Source of the DNA: a plasmid | Reading direction: 5' to 3' (one strand) | Sequence record: NZ_CP084013.1 | Length of the DNA stretch: 64,000 nucleotides | Shown here: positions 46,577-55,661 of the stretch, piece after piece | How positions within the stretch are numbered: position 1 is the stretch's first letter | How the letters are laid out: the number at the start of each line of letters is the position of its first letter | Made by a program: the position numbers and the translations under genes | The notes under the pieces: model-generated | Databases searched by the model: none | Told to the model about the DNA's origin: nothing | The model's input: the letters and a program-made list of their open reading frames with translations, nothing else

Positions 46577-46902
46577 GTAAGGAAAACAGCGCCGGCGAAA
46601 CCATCGGGGCGACTACGACGATCATTCTGGAACCGGCTCGAATCAGTGGCAGTACCGTCGAACCGTCGCGGCGCGAAATAGCGAGAAAGCGTCGGAAGGA
46701 ACGACGTTTGAACTGGGCTCTCGTGCTGGGAATGCTGGTTTTCGCGGTGTTCTGGCTGTTGGGGATGCAGTTGGTTTCCTGGCTTGCGGTTGGGGTGCCT
46801 TTGATGTGGAGGCTCGTACTGACGGTGTCTTCGCTTGTTTTTGCGGCCGCGTCCATGGTCCCCTCTTTGGTATATGCGTTTCGTCGAGAAAGGAAAAATT
46901 AG
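46573..46902 (+). CDS. Small membrane protein (2 TM)
   Basis: GTG start overlapping the upstream stop. LVLGMLVFAVFWLLGMQLVSWLAVGVPLMWRLVLTVSSLVFAAA. Confidence 0.4.
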   Translation: MSKENSAGETIGATTTIILEPARISGSTVEPSRREIARKRRKERRLNWALVLGMLVFAVFWLLGMQLVSWLAVGVPLMWRLVLTVSSLVFAAASMVPSLVYAFRRERKN

Positions 46903-47175
46903 TTGGGTGTCGGGTTGGCTGATGTGGCCGCTGAATATGTCCGATTGCACCGGGTCGAGCGGCAGTCTTTGCAGATTCGCAGTGTTAATCGCGTCGAGTT
47001 GACTGTGATACAGAATTTGTGGGCGGATAGGGTCGGGAAAGCTCGATTGGATATCCGTTCCGCTCCGGAGGTGGTGATGCGTGCGATCGAGCGGTCGAAG
47101 CGTGGTCACGAGCTTTTCGGTCGGGTTCGTGAGACTCCCGTATTGGTTGTGTACGAACTGAAGACACTTACCTGA
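46903..47175 (+). CDS. Hypothetical protein (TTG start)
   Basis: 90-aa ORF in the same orientation. Confidence 0.3.
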   Translation: MGVGLADVAAEYVRLHRVERQSLQIRSVNRVELTVIQNLWADRVGKARLDIRSAPEVVMRAIERSKRGHELFGRVRETPVLVVYELKTLT

Positions 47176-47199
47176 CATACTGAATATATTCACATGTGG
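47171..47199 (+). promoter_or_regulatory. Repeated promoter cassette, degenerate copy g
   Basis: ccTGaCATACTGAATATaTtCACATgtgg. It lies 13 bp upstream of the ATG at 47212. Confidence 0.45.
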
Positions 47200-47211
47200 T
47201 AAGATTGTTCC

Positions 47212-47694
47212 ATGACATCGCAAACTGAACCCTTCAAGATAGACGGACTTACCTTGATGCTACGAATAGGCCACGCCCCACGAGGGCGAATCTCCTATTT
47301 TAGCCCGCAAACCACCATCGAAGAATTCCTCCGTCATGCCGCCGAGCACGAGGGAAGACTGCTGTTCGTCGGCAACTTTAAATCATTGCGAAACAAAATA
47401 GGCTTTAATTATTTGCTGCTCTGGTCACCCCAAAGCGCAATCAAACTCGTTGGAACGGTGACCAATTTCGGAGAGGCATACAATCCAAAAACCTGGAATC
47501 CGAAATCCCACTATCAGGCACCATTCCCATGGGGAAGAACGCCTGCCAACTACTGGTTGGCGTTGGACAATGTGCAGCAATTGGGAGATTTCGATCCGGA
47601 CAAGTTCGAGAGATTGGGCTACAACGCCAAAAAGATATCGCTGGCGGATGAGATGGAAACAAATGCAGCCACGTTCATAATCCGCCCTATTTAA
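47212..47694 (+). CDS. Hypothetical protein
   Basis: 160-aa ORF downstream of copy g. Confidence 0.45.
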   Translation: MTSQTEPFKIDGLTLMLRIGHAPRGRISYFSPQTTIEEFLRHAAEHEGRLLFVGNFKSLRNKIGFNYLLLWSPQSAIKLVGTVTNFGEAYNPKTWNPKSHYQAPFPWGRTPANYWLALDNVQQLGDFDPDKFERLGYNAKKISLADEMETNAATFIIRPI

Positions 47695-47801
47695 CCTTCC
47701 TCGCCAAGGATTCCCCCGCCTCTAAGCGAAGCGTAGGCGGGGGATGAATTGGCGTATCTATATATGTTATACTGTAATCAGTCGTATATGTTATAAACGA
47801 G

Positions 47802-48209
47802 GTGATTGCAGTGGAATTGGAGTCGAATCATCATTCGGTGTTCCTGTTGTATTATCATCTCGTGCTCGTCGTGAAATACCGTCGCAAGGTGTTCGACGAC
47901 ATCGTTTCGGCGCGTGCGCGTGAGATATTCGAGTACATCGCACCCAAGTATGGGATAACCGTTGAGGAATGGAACCACGACATGGACCACGTGCACGTAT
48001 TGTTCCGTGCCCAGCCGAAGAGCGAGTTGAGCAAGTTCATCAACGCTTACAAGAGCGCGTCGAGTCGTCTGCTCAAGCAGGAGTTTCCGCAGATTCGGCA
48101 GAAACTGTGGAAGGAGTATTTCTGGAGCCGCAGCTTCTGCCTACTGACCACAGGAGGCGCGCCAATCGAAGTCATCCGCAAATACATCGAGAACCAAGGC
48201 AGGAAGTAA
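47802..48209 (+). CDS. tnpA: IS200/IS605 TnpA (Y1 HUH transposase)
   Basis: YHLVLVVKYRRKVF. HUH motif HDMDHVHVLF. Catalytic Tyr region KSASSRLLKQEF...YFWSRSF. Confidence 0.8.
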   Translation: MIAVELESNHHSVFLLYYHLVLVVKYRRKVFDDIVSARAREIFEYIAPKYGITVEEWNHDMDHVHVLFRAQPKSELSKFINAYKSASSRLLKQEFPQIRQKLWKEYFWSRSFCLLTTGGAPIEVIRKYIENQGRK

Positions 48210-48223
48210 GGAGGTGAACCATC

Positions 48224-49345
48224 ATGCAGGTGAAACGTCATTGCGCGGTCAAGTACCGCATGTACCCGAACAGGGCTCAGGCGGCATTGATTGACCGCAC
48301 CATCGGTTGTGCGAGGTTCATCTACAATCAGATGCTTGAAACCCGCATCGGCACCTATAAGGCTACGGGTAAGTCGTGCAATCCGACTCCCGCCCAGTAC
48401 AAGGACAGGTATCCGTTCCTGCGTGAGGTGGACAGCCTCGCACTGTGCAACGCCCAATTGAACGTGGCGAAGGCGTACAGGAACTTCTTCCGCGACCCCA
48501 AGCACATCGGCTTCCCGAAGTACAAGGCGAAGCATCGCAATCGTCAGACCTACACGACGAACAACAGCAATAACAACGTCACCCTCGATGAAGGAGGCAG
48601 GCATCTCAAACTACCGAAAGTAGGGATTGTGCGCGTCCGCCAGCATAAACGCATACCCGAAGACTGGAAACTGAAGAGCGTGACCATCGAGCATTGCAAA
48701 AACGGCGAATACACGGCGACGATACTGTTCGAGTACGAGACCCAAGCACTCGAACCCGTCCGACCCGTGCATATCGTCGGATTGGATTACTCCTCCCACG
48801 GCCTGTACGTGTCCAGCGACGGCGAACGAGCCGACTATTCGCGTTTCTACCGGCGGATGGAGCCACGGCTGATGCGCGAGCAACGTAGACTCAGCCACAT
48901 GGTAAAAGGGTCCGGTAATTGGGTGAAACAGAAGCGGCGCATCGCCAAGCTCGCCGCCAAGGTCGGGAACCAGCGAGCCGACTTCCTGCATAAGACGGCC
49001 AACCGGCTCGCCGCCCGATATGATTGCGTCGGCGTGGAGGACTTGGACATGAAGAACATGAGCCAATCCCTCACACTCGGCAAAAGCACGATGGACAACG
49101 GGTACGGCATGTTCCGCACCATGCTCGCATACAAGCTCGAACGGCAAGGCAAGCAGCTGGTCACGGTAGACAGGTTCTACCCGTCCAGTCAACTATGCTC
49201 CGATTGCGGATACCGCAATAAGGATACGAAGGACCTGCATATCCGCGAATGGACATGCCCTGACTGTGGCGTTTGGCATGACAGGGACGTGAACGCCGCG
49301 ACCAACATCATGCACGAAACACGACGACTCATGCAGGAACGATAA
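48224..49345 (+). CDS. tnpB: TnpB RuvC-like RNA-guided endonuclease homolog
   Basis: IVGLDYSS. GVEDLDMKNM. CSDCGYRN...CPDCGVWH. DRDVNAATNI. Confidence 0.85.
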   Translation: MQVKRHCAVKYRMYPNRAQAALIDRTIGCARFIYNQMLETRIGTYKATGKSCNPTPAQYKDRYPFLREVDSLALCNAQLNVAKAYRNFFRDPKHIGFPKYKAKHRNRQTYTTNNSNNNVTLDEGGRHLKLPKVGIVRVRQHKRIPEDWKLKSVTIEHCKNGEYTATILFEYETQALEPVRPVHIVGLDYSSHGLYVSSDGERADYSRFYRRMEPRLMREQRRLSHMVKGSGNWVKQKRRIAKLAAKVGNQRADFLHKTANRLAARYDCVGVEDLDMKNMSQSLTLGKSTMDNGYGMFRTMLAYKLERQGKQLVTVDRFYPSSQLCSDCGYRNKDTKDLHIREWTCPDCGVWHDRDVNAATNIMHETRRLMQER

Positions 49346-49480
49346 CAAAAAACTTACGAGAACCGTGGGGCGCACGGGAATAGCCTGTAGACACTGACTC
49401 GGATACGAGCCTTGAGCAGGAAGCCCCCACCTCAGATCGCGAAGCGGTCAGGTGGCGGGAGCACGTCACCCTCTGTCGTG

Positions 49481-49510
49481 GCTGTTATACTGAAAACATC
49501 TGCATAAAAG
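49481..49510 (+). promoter_or_regulatory. Repeated promoter cassette, degenerate copy h
   Basis: gcTGTTATACTGAAaAcaTCtgCATAAAAG. It lies 9 bp upstream of the ATG at 49519. Confidence 0.45.
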
Positions 49511-49518
49511 GAAGACTT

Positions 49519-50049
49519 ATGGCAACACTATACGATCGACGAGCGCTCTTCGTGCGCTACAAGAAACAGTCATCCTATCCAGGACGGCAATCGGTCAAAC
49601 TCGCCGACGGAATCACCTGCCGGTATAACTGGGATCTGGATAAAACCATTCTGGATTACATAGAGGAGCATGCCGAGAAATCCGACGGGAAAGTGCTGTT
49701 CCCTCTCAAGTTCAACGTGTCCGATTTGACCGTCAACACATGTAAAAAAGCGTTCTTATGGATGACGGATGACACTTACATTGAGGCCGACATTCATGAT
49801 TCAGGCGCATATTACGCTTACGGCATGAATGACTATGACGGGTTCACAGCGCCGCCAAGCCTCACCATCCCCGAAGCGCGGTGCTGGGTGAAACTCGAGC
49901 ACGTATCGAAAATAAAAACCAAGTTCCCCATCGACGATTACAGCATCCAAGCATATAAGGGCGGAGGCGTCGTCAAAGAAACCCCTCTGCGCGAAATCCT
50001 GAAAACCACTCACATGAATTGCATGTACATCACCCGAAACGAGGGTTAA
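49519..50049 (+). CDS. Hypothetical protein
   Basis: 176-aa ORF downstream of copy h. Confidence 0.45.
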   Translation: MATLYDRRALFVRYKKQSSYPGRQSVKLADGITCRYNWDLDKTILDYIEEHAEKSDGKVLFPLKFNVSDLTVNTCKKAFLWMTDDTYIEADIHDSGAYYAYGMNDYDGFTAPPSLTIPEARCWVKLEHVSKIKTKFPIDDYSIQAYKGGGVVKETPLREILKTTHMNCMYITRNEG

Positions 50050-50051
50050 TC

Positions 50052-50378
50052 ATGTCGAAAATCATATCCAGCATCCCAAGCATCCGATACACGGCGGACG
50101 TGGCATATCAGTTGGAACCAAACATCACCGTCCAAGGGACACTGAAATATGCGGGGGGACGTCGCGAGCTGACCGCAAGGACCCTGTTCGTCCACTTGGA
50201 CCGTGACGACAAGGGCAAGATGACGGTGACCAACGTCGCGGTCAGCGCCAGTCGTAAATCCAACGGCAACTCGGCCTTCTACCGTACCGATGACTTCGAC
50301 ATGACACCGGAACTGCAGCGGGCCGTCGATCACGTGCGTGAACTAGTCAACCAGGACTGCGTCGGCGTGGACGACTAA
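50052..50378 (+). CDS. Hypothetical protein
   Basis: ATG 3 nt after the previous stop. Confidence 0.45.
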   Translation: MSKIISSIPSIRYTADVAYQLEPNITVQGTLKYAGGRRELTARTLFVHLDRDDKGKMTVTNVAVSASRKSNGNSAFYRTDDFDMTPELQRAVDHVRELVNQDCVGVDD

Positions 50379-50398
50379 CCGGCAACCTTTCCTAATCT

Positions 50399-50428
50399 CC
50401 CGACCATTGCGGTCGGGATATTTTTTTT
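50399..50428 (+). terminator. Rho-independent terminator
   Basis: cccgacc ATTGC ggtcggg followed by atatTTTTTTTT. Confidence 0.7.
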
Positions 50429-50470
50429 GGATATCGCCACCAACCGAAAAACGGGTATTTTCAATAGAAT

Positions 50471-50500
50471 ATCGGTTAATAACAACATCAAAATCTATCG
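50471..50500 (+). promoter_or_regulatory. Conserved ATCGGTTAATAACAA element upstream of the transfer ATPase gene
   Basis: The same 15-mer recurs at 62582 upstream of the large membrane-protein gene, and a partial copy lies at 62560. Confidence 0.35.
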
Positions 50501-50508
50501 TGGAATAT

Positions 50509-53500
50509 ATGCCACGAGGAAACTTCTACCGTCCAGAAAGCTTTATAAGCCCGGCCAGCGAATACGGGCTGCTCCGTTCTGCCACGCCGGATCGCACCGT
50601 ATGGCTGTACGCGCGCATCCCCTGGAGCACTGCATTGCTGGATGGAGCCAACGACCGGAAACGCAACGATGCCGCGCAACAGCTGATGGCGTTCTTCGAC
50701 GGCCTCGCCAATCAGGTCACGGTTGCCGGTATGCGCTACCGTTACATGCTTCAAAGCGAATATCGCGAATTCCATCTACTCACCGGATCCATGCCCGTCC
50801 GATACAGTCCGCCGGCCAGCATGAGGGACACCGACCTCGGACGATACCAGGCGCAGTACTACCGTAGCCAGAAGGTATGCAAGCAGTTCGCGGTCATCGG
50901 CGTTCCTTTGAAACTGGTCGGGGATCATAGCAACAATCGCAAGCCCGGCATGCTGCAACGCGCCCTGACATGGTACGACCGCATGTGCTATTCGGTGGCA
51001 AACGGATGCCCAATGTTCGAAGAGTATCTGCCAGACGCGCATAATATCGAACGAATCATGCTCAACGCCGGGCTGGAACCATTCACCATCATGGATGAGC
51101 AGGAACGCGAACAGCTGGTCGCCATGATGGAATCATGGTGGGTGGGGCGCGCCAACTCGTCGGCCCTGCCTATCCTGGCGGAGAACGCACACGTGCATTT
51201 CTTCCCGGATAACGCGACCTGCGCCCACGCCAAAAACCTGTACGACAATGGCGTGGACTGCACCGAGTGGAATATCGACGAAGAATACCCGGCCAGCATC
51301 TGCTTCGCACGCACGGCGGATTTCAACCAAAGCAGCATCACGGATCCAAACAACCTGTGGATTGCTAGACTCATGGAAGTCGGACGAGCCGGCGGAGCCA
51401 ATGCGGTCGCCACAAGCATCCGAGGCAAAGTCGAACCGGCGAAAGTCACCGCCGACCAGATTCGACGCAACAGCCGCACCATCGACGAAAGCATTAAGGA
51501 ACGGTACGAGAAAGGCCATGAAGCCCCCGGTGATATGACCGAAATCAAGGAGCGTTTGGATTATAAGAAGGCAATCTACAATACTCCGGACATGCCGCCC
51601 AGCATCATTGATCTGAGCGTCGCCACCTGCGTGGCGGGCAACGAGCAGATGGCCATCGACGCTTTGGGGTGTATCCCCAACATCGAGTTCGTCAATCTGA
51701 CGACGGCTAGCGAACAGTTGATGGCGTTCAAAAGCATGCAGGCCTGTTCGAACGTACGCATGACCCCCTATGAGATCCACTGGGCCGCAACATGCGTCGC
51801 GGGAGGAGGCGTGAGCAGTTTCGCCAAAGCAGGCGACAGGGACGGAGCTCTTGTCGGATTGTCCGAAGCCAACAGGCAACCGGTGTATATCGGGACAACA
51901 ACCGTGCAGGACAAGGACAGGCGTCCAATTTTGGCTATTATCGGAGATACAGGAAGCGGGAAGGCCGTTCACATTTCCTCCACAATTCCGGTTCCCCCTC
52001 AGGCTAGCTTCCCCCATGGAAAAATGGCTAAGATCAGCGATTTGCATGAGGGAGACCTCGTCTACGGGCGGGACGGAAAACCTTATCCACTCCTCAAGCT
52101 TCATCCGATTCACACGGAAGATCTTTACGAAGTCACCCTCAGTGACGGTCAAACGATAAAAGCCAGCGGGAACCACCAGTGGATCGTCTCCGATTTCAAA
52201 GATCGAAACAAATTCAGAAAACCAAAACATTTGAAATCCCAACAGCGTAAGAACATGCTGTCGGAGACATACGATGAGCTATGTCGGATGTCTGATGCGC
52301 TACCGGCCCAATCAACCATGAGCGTGAACGAGCTTGCAGAGTTTGTCCATCCAGTAACGAGTCGTTGGTGGAGCGGAGAGAGCAATGCCAAGACCATTGC
52401 CGCAGCGCTGCGATTTATGGGAGTTGAATCTCATCAAGAACAGCGAGACCGCGCGATAGCGGATACAAAAAAACCTTTTAAGACTCGGCAGAACTGTAGG
52501 CGCTATAACACGCAGGAAGCTCTTCGGGCTTTGATTGCACATTATGATGGCGTGGCGCAGCATGCGAAAAGATGGAACGATCTCGCCAGGGAGCGTGCGG
52601 ATGTCCTAAGAAAGCATTTGGAAGATAACTATCCGAAGGGCATCAGCATCACTGACATACAGAAGATGCTCGAGGATCGTTCACCAAGCCGTTCCTCTAT
52701 CGCATCTGTCATAAAAACGCTCAATCCAATCAGTGAGTGGGATACGGAAGAACGAATTCACTCCGACAGAATGCGTCATGATTCGGTATCCGTATACAAC
52801 GTTCGAGAAGCATGCAGAGCCATAGGGCAACGCATGATGCTTCGTTATGAGGGGGCCTTCAACGAGACCAATTCCCTTGGATATTGTGAACAGGTTGTGA
52901 CTACGCGAGACATGCTTGCGTCTGGTCTAAAGGATTCAGGCAATCGTGCGCAATGGGCAATCCGAGCCGCGATGCCTGTTGCCAACCCGCAAGCCGACCT
53001 GCCACTTGACCCATGGGTTTTAGGGGCTTGGTTAGCCGACGGTAGTATCGGCACTGGAATCATCGCTTCAGATAACAGGAATGGTGATTTGCAGCATGTG
53101 AAGTCCTGTCTCACCTCTGCGGGATTTTCTCTAGGAAGCATCAATACGCCGATGGTCGTGAATGTGAAGGGGCTTGTCTCCATTCTTCGCGATATGGGGA
53201 TACTCCGCGAAAAACGCATTCCTGAGATCTACTTCTCGGCGAGCATCGAGCAAAGACTCTCCCTCGTGCAGGGGTTGCTGGATCAGGATGGGACCATCTC
53301 CTCAAATGGGAATATAGAGTTCACCCAGTCCGCCGATCATCTGCCGATTGTCCGAGGAATGGTGCGCCTGCTGAGATCTCTGGGAATCGTCGTTCACGAA
53401 CCCCATCTCAACAAAGCAGGATACACGGCTGATGGTGTGCGTCACGAGGCTCAGGATCGTTATCGCATCACCTTCACGACGGATCTGCCGGTATTCTCTT

Positions 53501-54828
53501 TGCAACGCAAAGCGGCTTTAATCCCTACGACGTTGAGACAAACCCAGCAATGGCTATACGTCAAAGACATCAGGAAGATATCCAACGCGCCTCATCGTTG
53601 TCTGACCGTTGGAAGCCCTGACCATTCGTTCCTCATCGCTGATTACGTGCCGACCCATAATACGATGGCGGCGTTCAGCCTGTTTCTGCAATGGTCGAAG
53701 ATTGACGCGCGTGACGGTAAAGGCAAGACCCCGTGCATTTACATTAATCCGAAGGCCGGTAATGATTTGGAGGATGCGACCCGTTCGCAGGGTGGTACGG
53801 TCATCCGGTTGGATTCCGATGTGGCCAACGGCACGTTCGACCCGTTCAACGTGATTCCGAATGTGGAGGAGGCCAAGGAAATCGCCGTCCTGATGATGAC
53901 GAACATTCTTGGCGGTGACACAAAGATGGAATCCGCCATGACAGCCATGCTGGATTACGGCGTCAAACACGGGGCGCGTTACGTAGGCCGGGCTCTGCTT
54001 GTCGCCGCCCAAGCTGTTGCGAAGACCATCAAAGCGGGGAACACGGCGGAGTCCATTGGGTTGCCTTCCAACACCCTCGAGGTGTTTTCGACAATCAGCA
54101 TGAACCTGAAGGCGAACCAGGGACTACGTCTTATCTTCGGCACCGATAATGACACCAAGCCGTTGACGATCAGCCAAAACCTGACCCTCATCAATGCCGG
54201 AGACCGTTCACTCATCCCCGAAGGCCAAGATGATTCCATGACCGCTCGCATCCGCCAGTGGACGTTGCGAATGGTCGTCATGGGAGCCGGCACCGCCGTT
54301 CGAGGCCGCGATGGCATGGTAGGTGTCGATGAGGCATGGGTGTTCATGGGCAAGGACAAGGGAGCTTCCCGAACCTTCGAACAATGGGTGCGTATGGCCC
54401 GTTCGCAACGATTCACGCCTGTCATCATCAGCCAGAAAGTGCAGGAGTTCATCGATGCCGACTTGACCGGAGGTATCAGCCGCGCCCTCCTTCTGGCGTT
54501 GGACAACCCGGAAGAAGCCAATGGCACGGTCAGTCCGGCCAAATCAGCGGAACGACTCCTAGGCATCGAAGACCCCAATGGTCGGATCTTGCAGCGCATG
54601 GGAGCCGATGATACTTTGGACAACGGTCAGCCGAACCCGAACAGTCTGAAGCGCCTGGTAAGCGCATCGACGAGGAAGACCGTTCGCGGAGCCGTCGCCT
54701 ATTTCAAAGACGGGTCCAAGCAGCCTATTCCAGTGGAAATCGTGATTCCTCCGGCATTGTTGAAGGAAATCAGCACCACTGCCACGGACAAGATCGCACG
54801 AGAACAACGAAAGAACAAGGAGCAGTGA
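50509..54828 (+). CDS. VirB4/TraC-like conjugative transfer ATPase interrupted by an intein
   Basis: P-loop GDTGSGK|...|TMAAF. Walker B VGVDEAWVF. The roughly 566-aa insertion has Hint and LAGLIDADG features. The mature protein would be about 873 aa. Confidence 0.6.
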   Translation: MPRGNFYRPESFISPASEYGLLRSATPDRTVWLYARIPWSTALLDGANDRKRNDAAQQLMAFFDGLANQVTVAGMRYRYMLQSEYREFHLLTGSMPVRYSPPASMRDTDLGRYQAQYYRSQKVCKQFAVIGVPLKLVGDHSNNRKPGMLQRALTWYDRMCYSVANGCPMFEEYLPDAHNIERIMLNAGLEPFTIMDEQEREQLVAMMESWWVGRANSSALPILAENAHVHFFPDNATCAHAKNLYDNGVDCTEWNIDEEYPASICFARTADFNQSSITDPNNLWIARLMEVGRAGGANAVATSIRGKVEPAKVTADQIRRNSRTIDESIKERYEKGHEAPGDMTEIKERLDYKKAIYNTPDMPPSIIDLSVATCVAGNEQMAIDALGCIPNIEFVNLTTASEQLMAFKSMQACSNVRMTPYEIHWAATCVAGGGVSSFAKAGDRDGALVGLSEANRQPVYIGTTTVQDKDRRPILAIIGDTGSGKAVHISSTIPVPPQASFPHGKMAKISDLHEGDLVYGRDGKPYPLLKLHPIHTEDLYEVTLSDGQTIKASGNHQWIVSDFKDRNKFRKPKHLKSQQRKNMLSETYDELCRMSDALPAQSTMSVNELAEFVHPVTSRWWSGESNAKTIAAALRFMGVESHQEQRDRAIADTKKPFKTRQNCRRYNTQEALRALIAHYDGVAQHAKRWNDLARERADVLRKHLEDNYPKGISITDIQKMLEDRSPSRSSIASVIKTLNPISEWDTEERIHSDRMRHDSVSVYNVREACRAIGQRMMLRYEGAFNETNSLGYCEQVVTTRDMLASGLKDSGNRAQWAIRAAMPVANPQADLPLDPWVLGAWLADGSIGTGIIASDNRNGDLQHVKSCLTSAGFSLGSINTPMVVNVKGLVSILRDMGILREKRIPEIYFSASIEQRLSLVQGLLDQDGTISSNGNIEFTQSADHLPIVRGMVRLLRSLGIVVHEPHLNKAGYTADGVRHEAQDRYRITFTTDLPVFSLQRKAALIPTTLRQTQQWLYVKDIRKISNAPHRCLTVGSPDHSFLIADYVPTHNTMAAFSLFLQWSKIDARDGKGKTPCIYINPKAGNDLEDATRSQGGTVIRLDSDVANGTFDPFNVIPNVEEAKEIAVLMMTNILGGDTKMESAMTAMLDYGVKHGARYVGRALLVAAQAVAKTIKAGNTAESIGLPSNTLEVFSTISMNLKANQGLRLIFGTDNDTKPLTISQNLTLINAGDRSLIPEGQDDSMTARIRQWTLRMVVMGAGTAVRGRDGMVGVDEAWVFMGKDKGASRTFEQWVRMARSQRFTPVIISQKVQEFIDADLTGGISRALLLALDNPEEANGTVSPAKSAERLLGIEDPNGRILQRMGADDTLDNGQPNPNSLKRLVSASTRKTVRGAVAYFKDGSKQPIPVEIVIPPALLKEISTTATDKIAREQRKNKEQ
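51964..53661 (+). other. Intein with a LAGLIDADG homing-endonuclease domain, inserted in the P-loop of the transfer ATPase
   Basis: Block B SGNHQW. Two LAGLIDADG motifs (LGAWLADGSIG and LVQGLLDQDGTIS). C-terminal block FLIADYVPTHN followed by extein Thr. Lower GC than the host gene. The N-terminal boundary (Ala after GSGK) is tentative. Confidence 0.6.
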
Positions 54829-54834
54829 CCCCTT

Positions 54835-55596
54835 ATGGGATACAAAGACATATTCGATGACTCATTTTCCACACCGGCTTCCGACAAGTCGGAGGAATCA
54901 TCTGCCGTTACCCCTTTGACCCCGGAGCCGGAGGAACAGCAGCAGTCGAAACCATTGCTGTTCCCTGGTTTCGGTAGCGGACGTCCTCTCCTATTGGAAC
55001 GCCCCAGCAGATATATCCAACGTCTCAGCGATACCGCATCCAAAGTGTATGCGGTACCTGACGGAGACCCATACGGAGGAGTGGAAAACCGTATCCTGTA
55101 CTCCCCCGTGATCAGCCTCCCCGTATTTCTGCTTCAGGGGAATGAGCTGTTCGCGAATCATGACGTGCTCAAGTATCCTTTGCTGAATCCTCCACTGAAT
55201 CACGCTTGGGATGGAAGCGACATCAGCGTGTACATGCTCACCATCATCGCCGCATATACTTCAGCGGGCATCCTGCATGAGGATGTAGACGGTGATGTGC
55301 TTGCGTACGATGTCGAATATCCCCTCTCCGTTGCAGACGAGCTTTGGAATGCGGCATCCGATTGGGCTTCCGAAGCGGCTCCGCTGTTGAAGGATCTGAA
55401 CACCGCACGGCTTTTGGGATTCGCGTTGAAGAGTCCCAACGAGGAAACCGATGCTTTGAGGGCTTTGTTTGAATCATGGGATGAGAATCGTTCTTCAGGT
55501 GAGATCATCGAGGCGGGGAAACATGCCGCGAATCTTCTTCGAGACGATTACAACGTGTTCGTCGACGTGGAATTCCGACCATTCCAAGAACGGTAA
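54835..55596 (+). CDS. Hypothetical protein (transfer operon)
   Basis: ATG 7 nt after the ATPase stop. Confidence 0.45.
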   Translation: MGYKDIFDDSFSTPASDKSEESSAVTPLTPEPEEQQQSKPLLFPGFGSGRPLLLERPSRYIQRLSDTASKVYAVPDGDPYGGVENRILYSPVISLPVFLLQGNELFANHDVLKYPLLNPPLNHAWDGSDISVYMLTIIAAYTSAGILHEDVDGDVLAYDVEYPLSVADELWNAASDWASEAAPLLKDLNTARLLGFALKSPNEETDALRALFESWDENRSSGEIIEAGKHAANLLRDDYNVFVDVEFRPFQER

Positions 55597-55661
55597 TTCA
55601 CCGAATCATTCAAAGTCGGTAAATTTTTACCGACTTTTGCCTTCCGTAAGGGGGTCATCCT

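Larger units (their letters stand above)
47705..49450 (+). mobile_element. IS200/IS605-family insertion sequence (Y1 tnpA plus tnpB) with subterminal hairpins
   Basis: Left hairpin cccccgcctCTAAGCGAAGCGTaggcggggg (47711-47743). Right hairpin ccacctCAGATCGCGAAGCGGTCaggtgg (about 49419-49447). The loops share GCGAAGCG. Confidence 0.65.

Noticed and set aside
47711-47743. Hairpin after gene 47212..47694 considered as a rho-independent terminator
   Set aside because: There is no T-run. A related hairpin with the same GCGAAGCG loop lies after tnpB. I interpret both as IS605 subterminal hairpins. A terminator role is not excluded.
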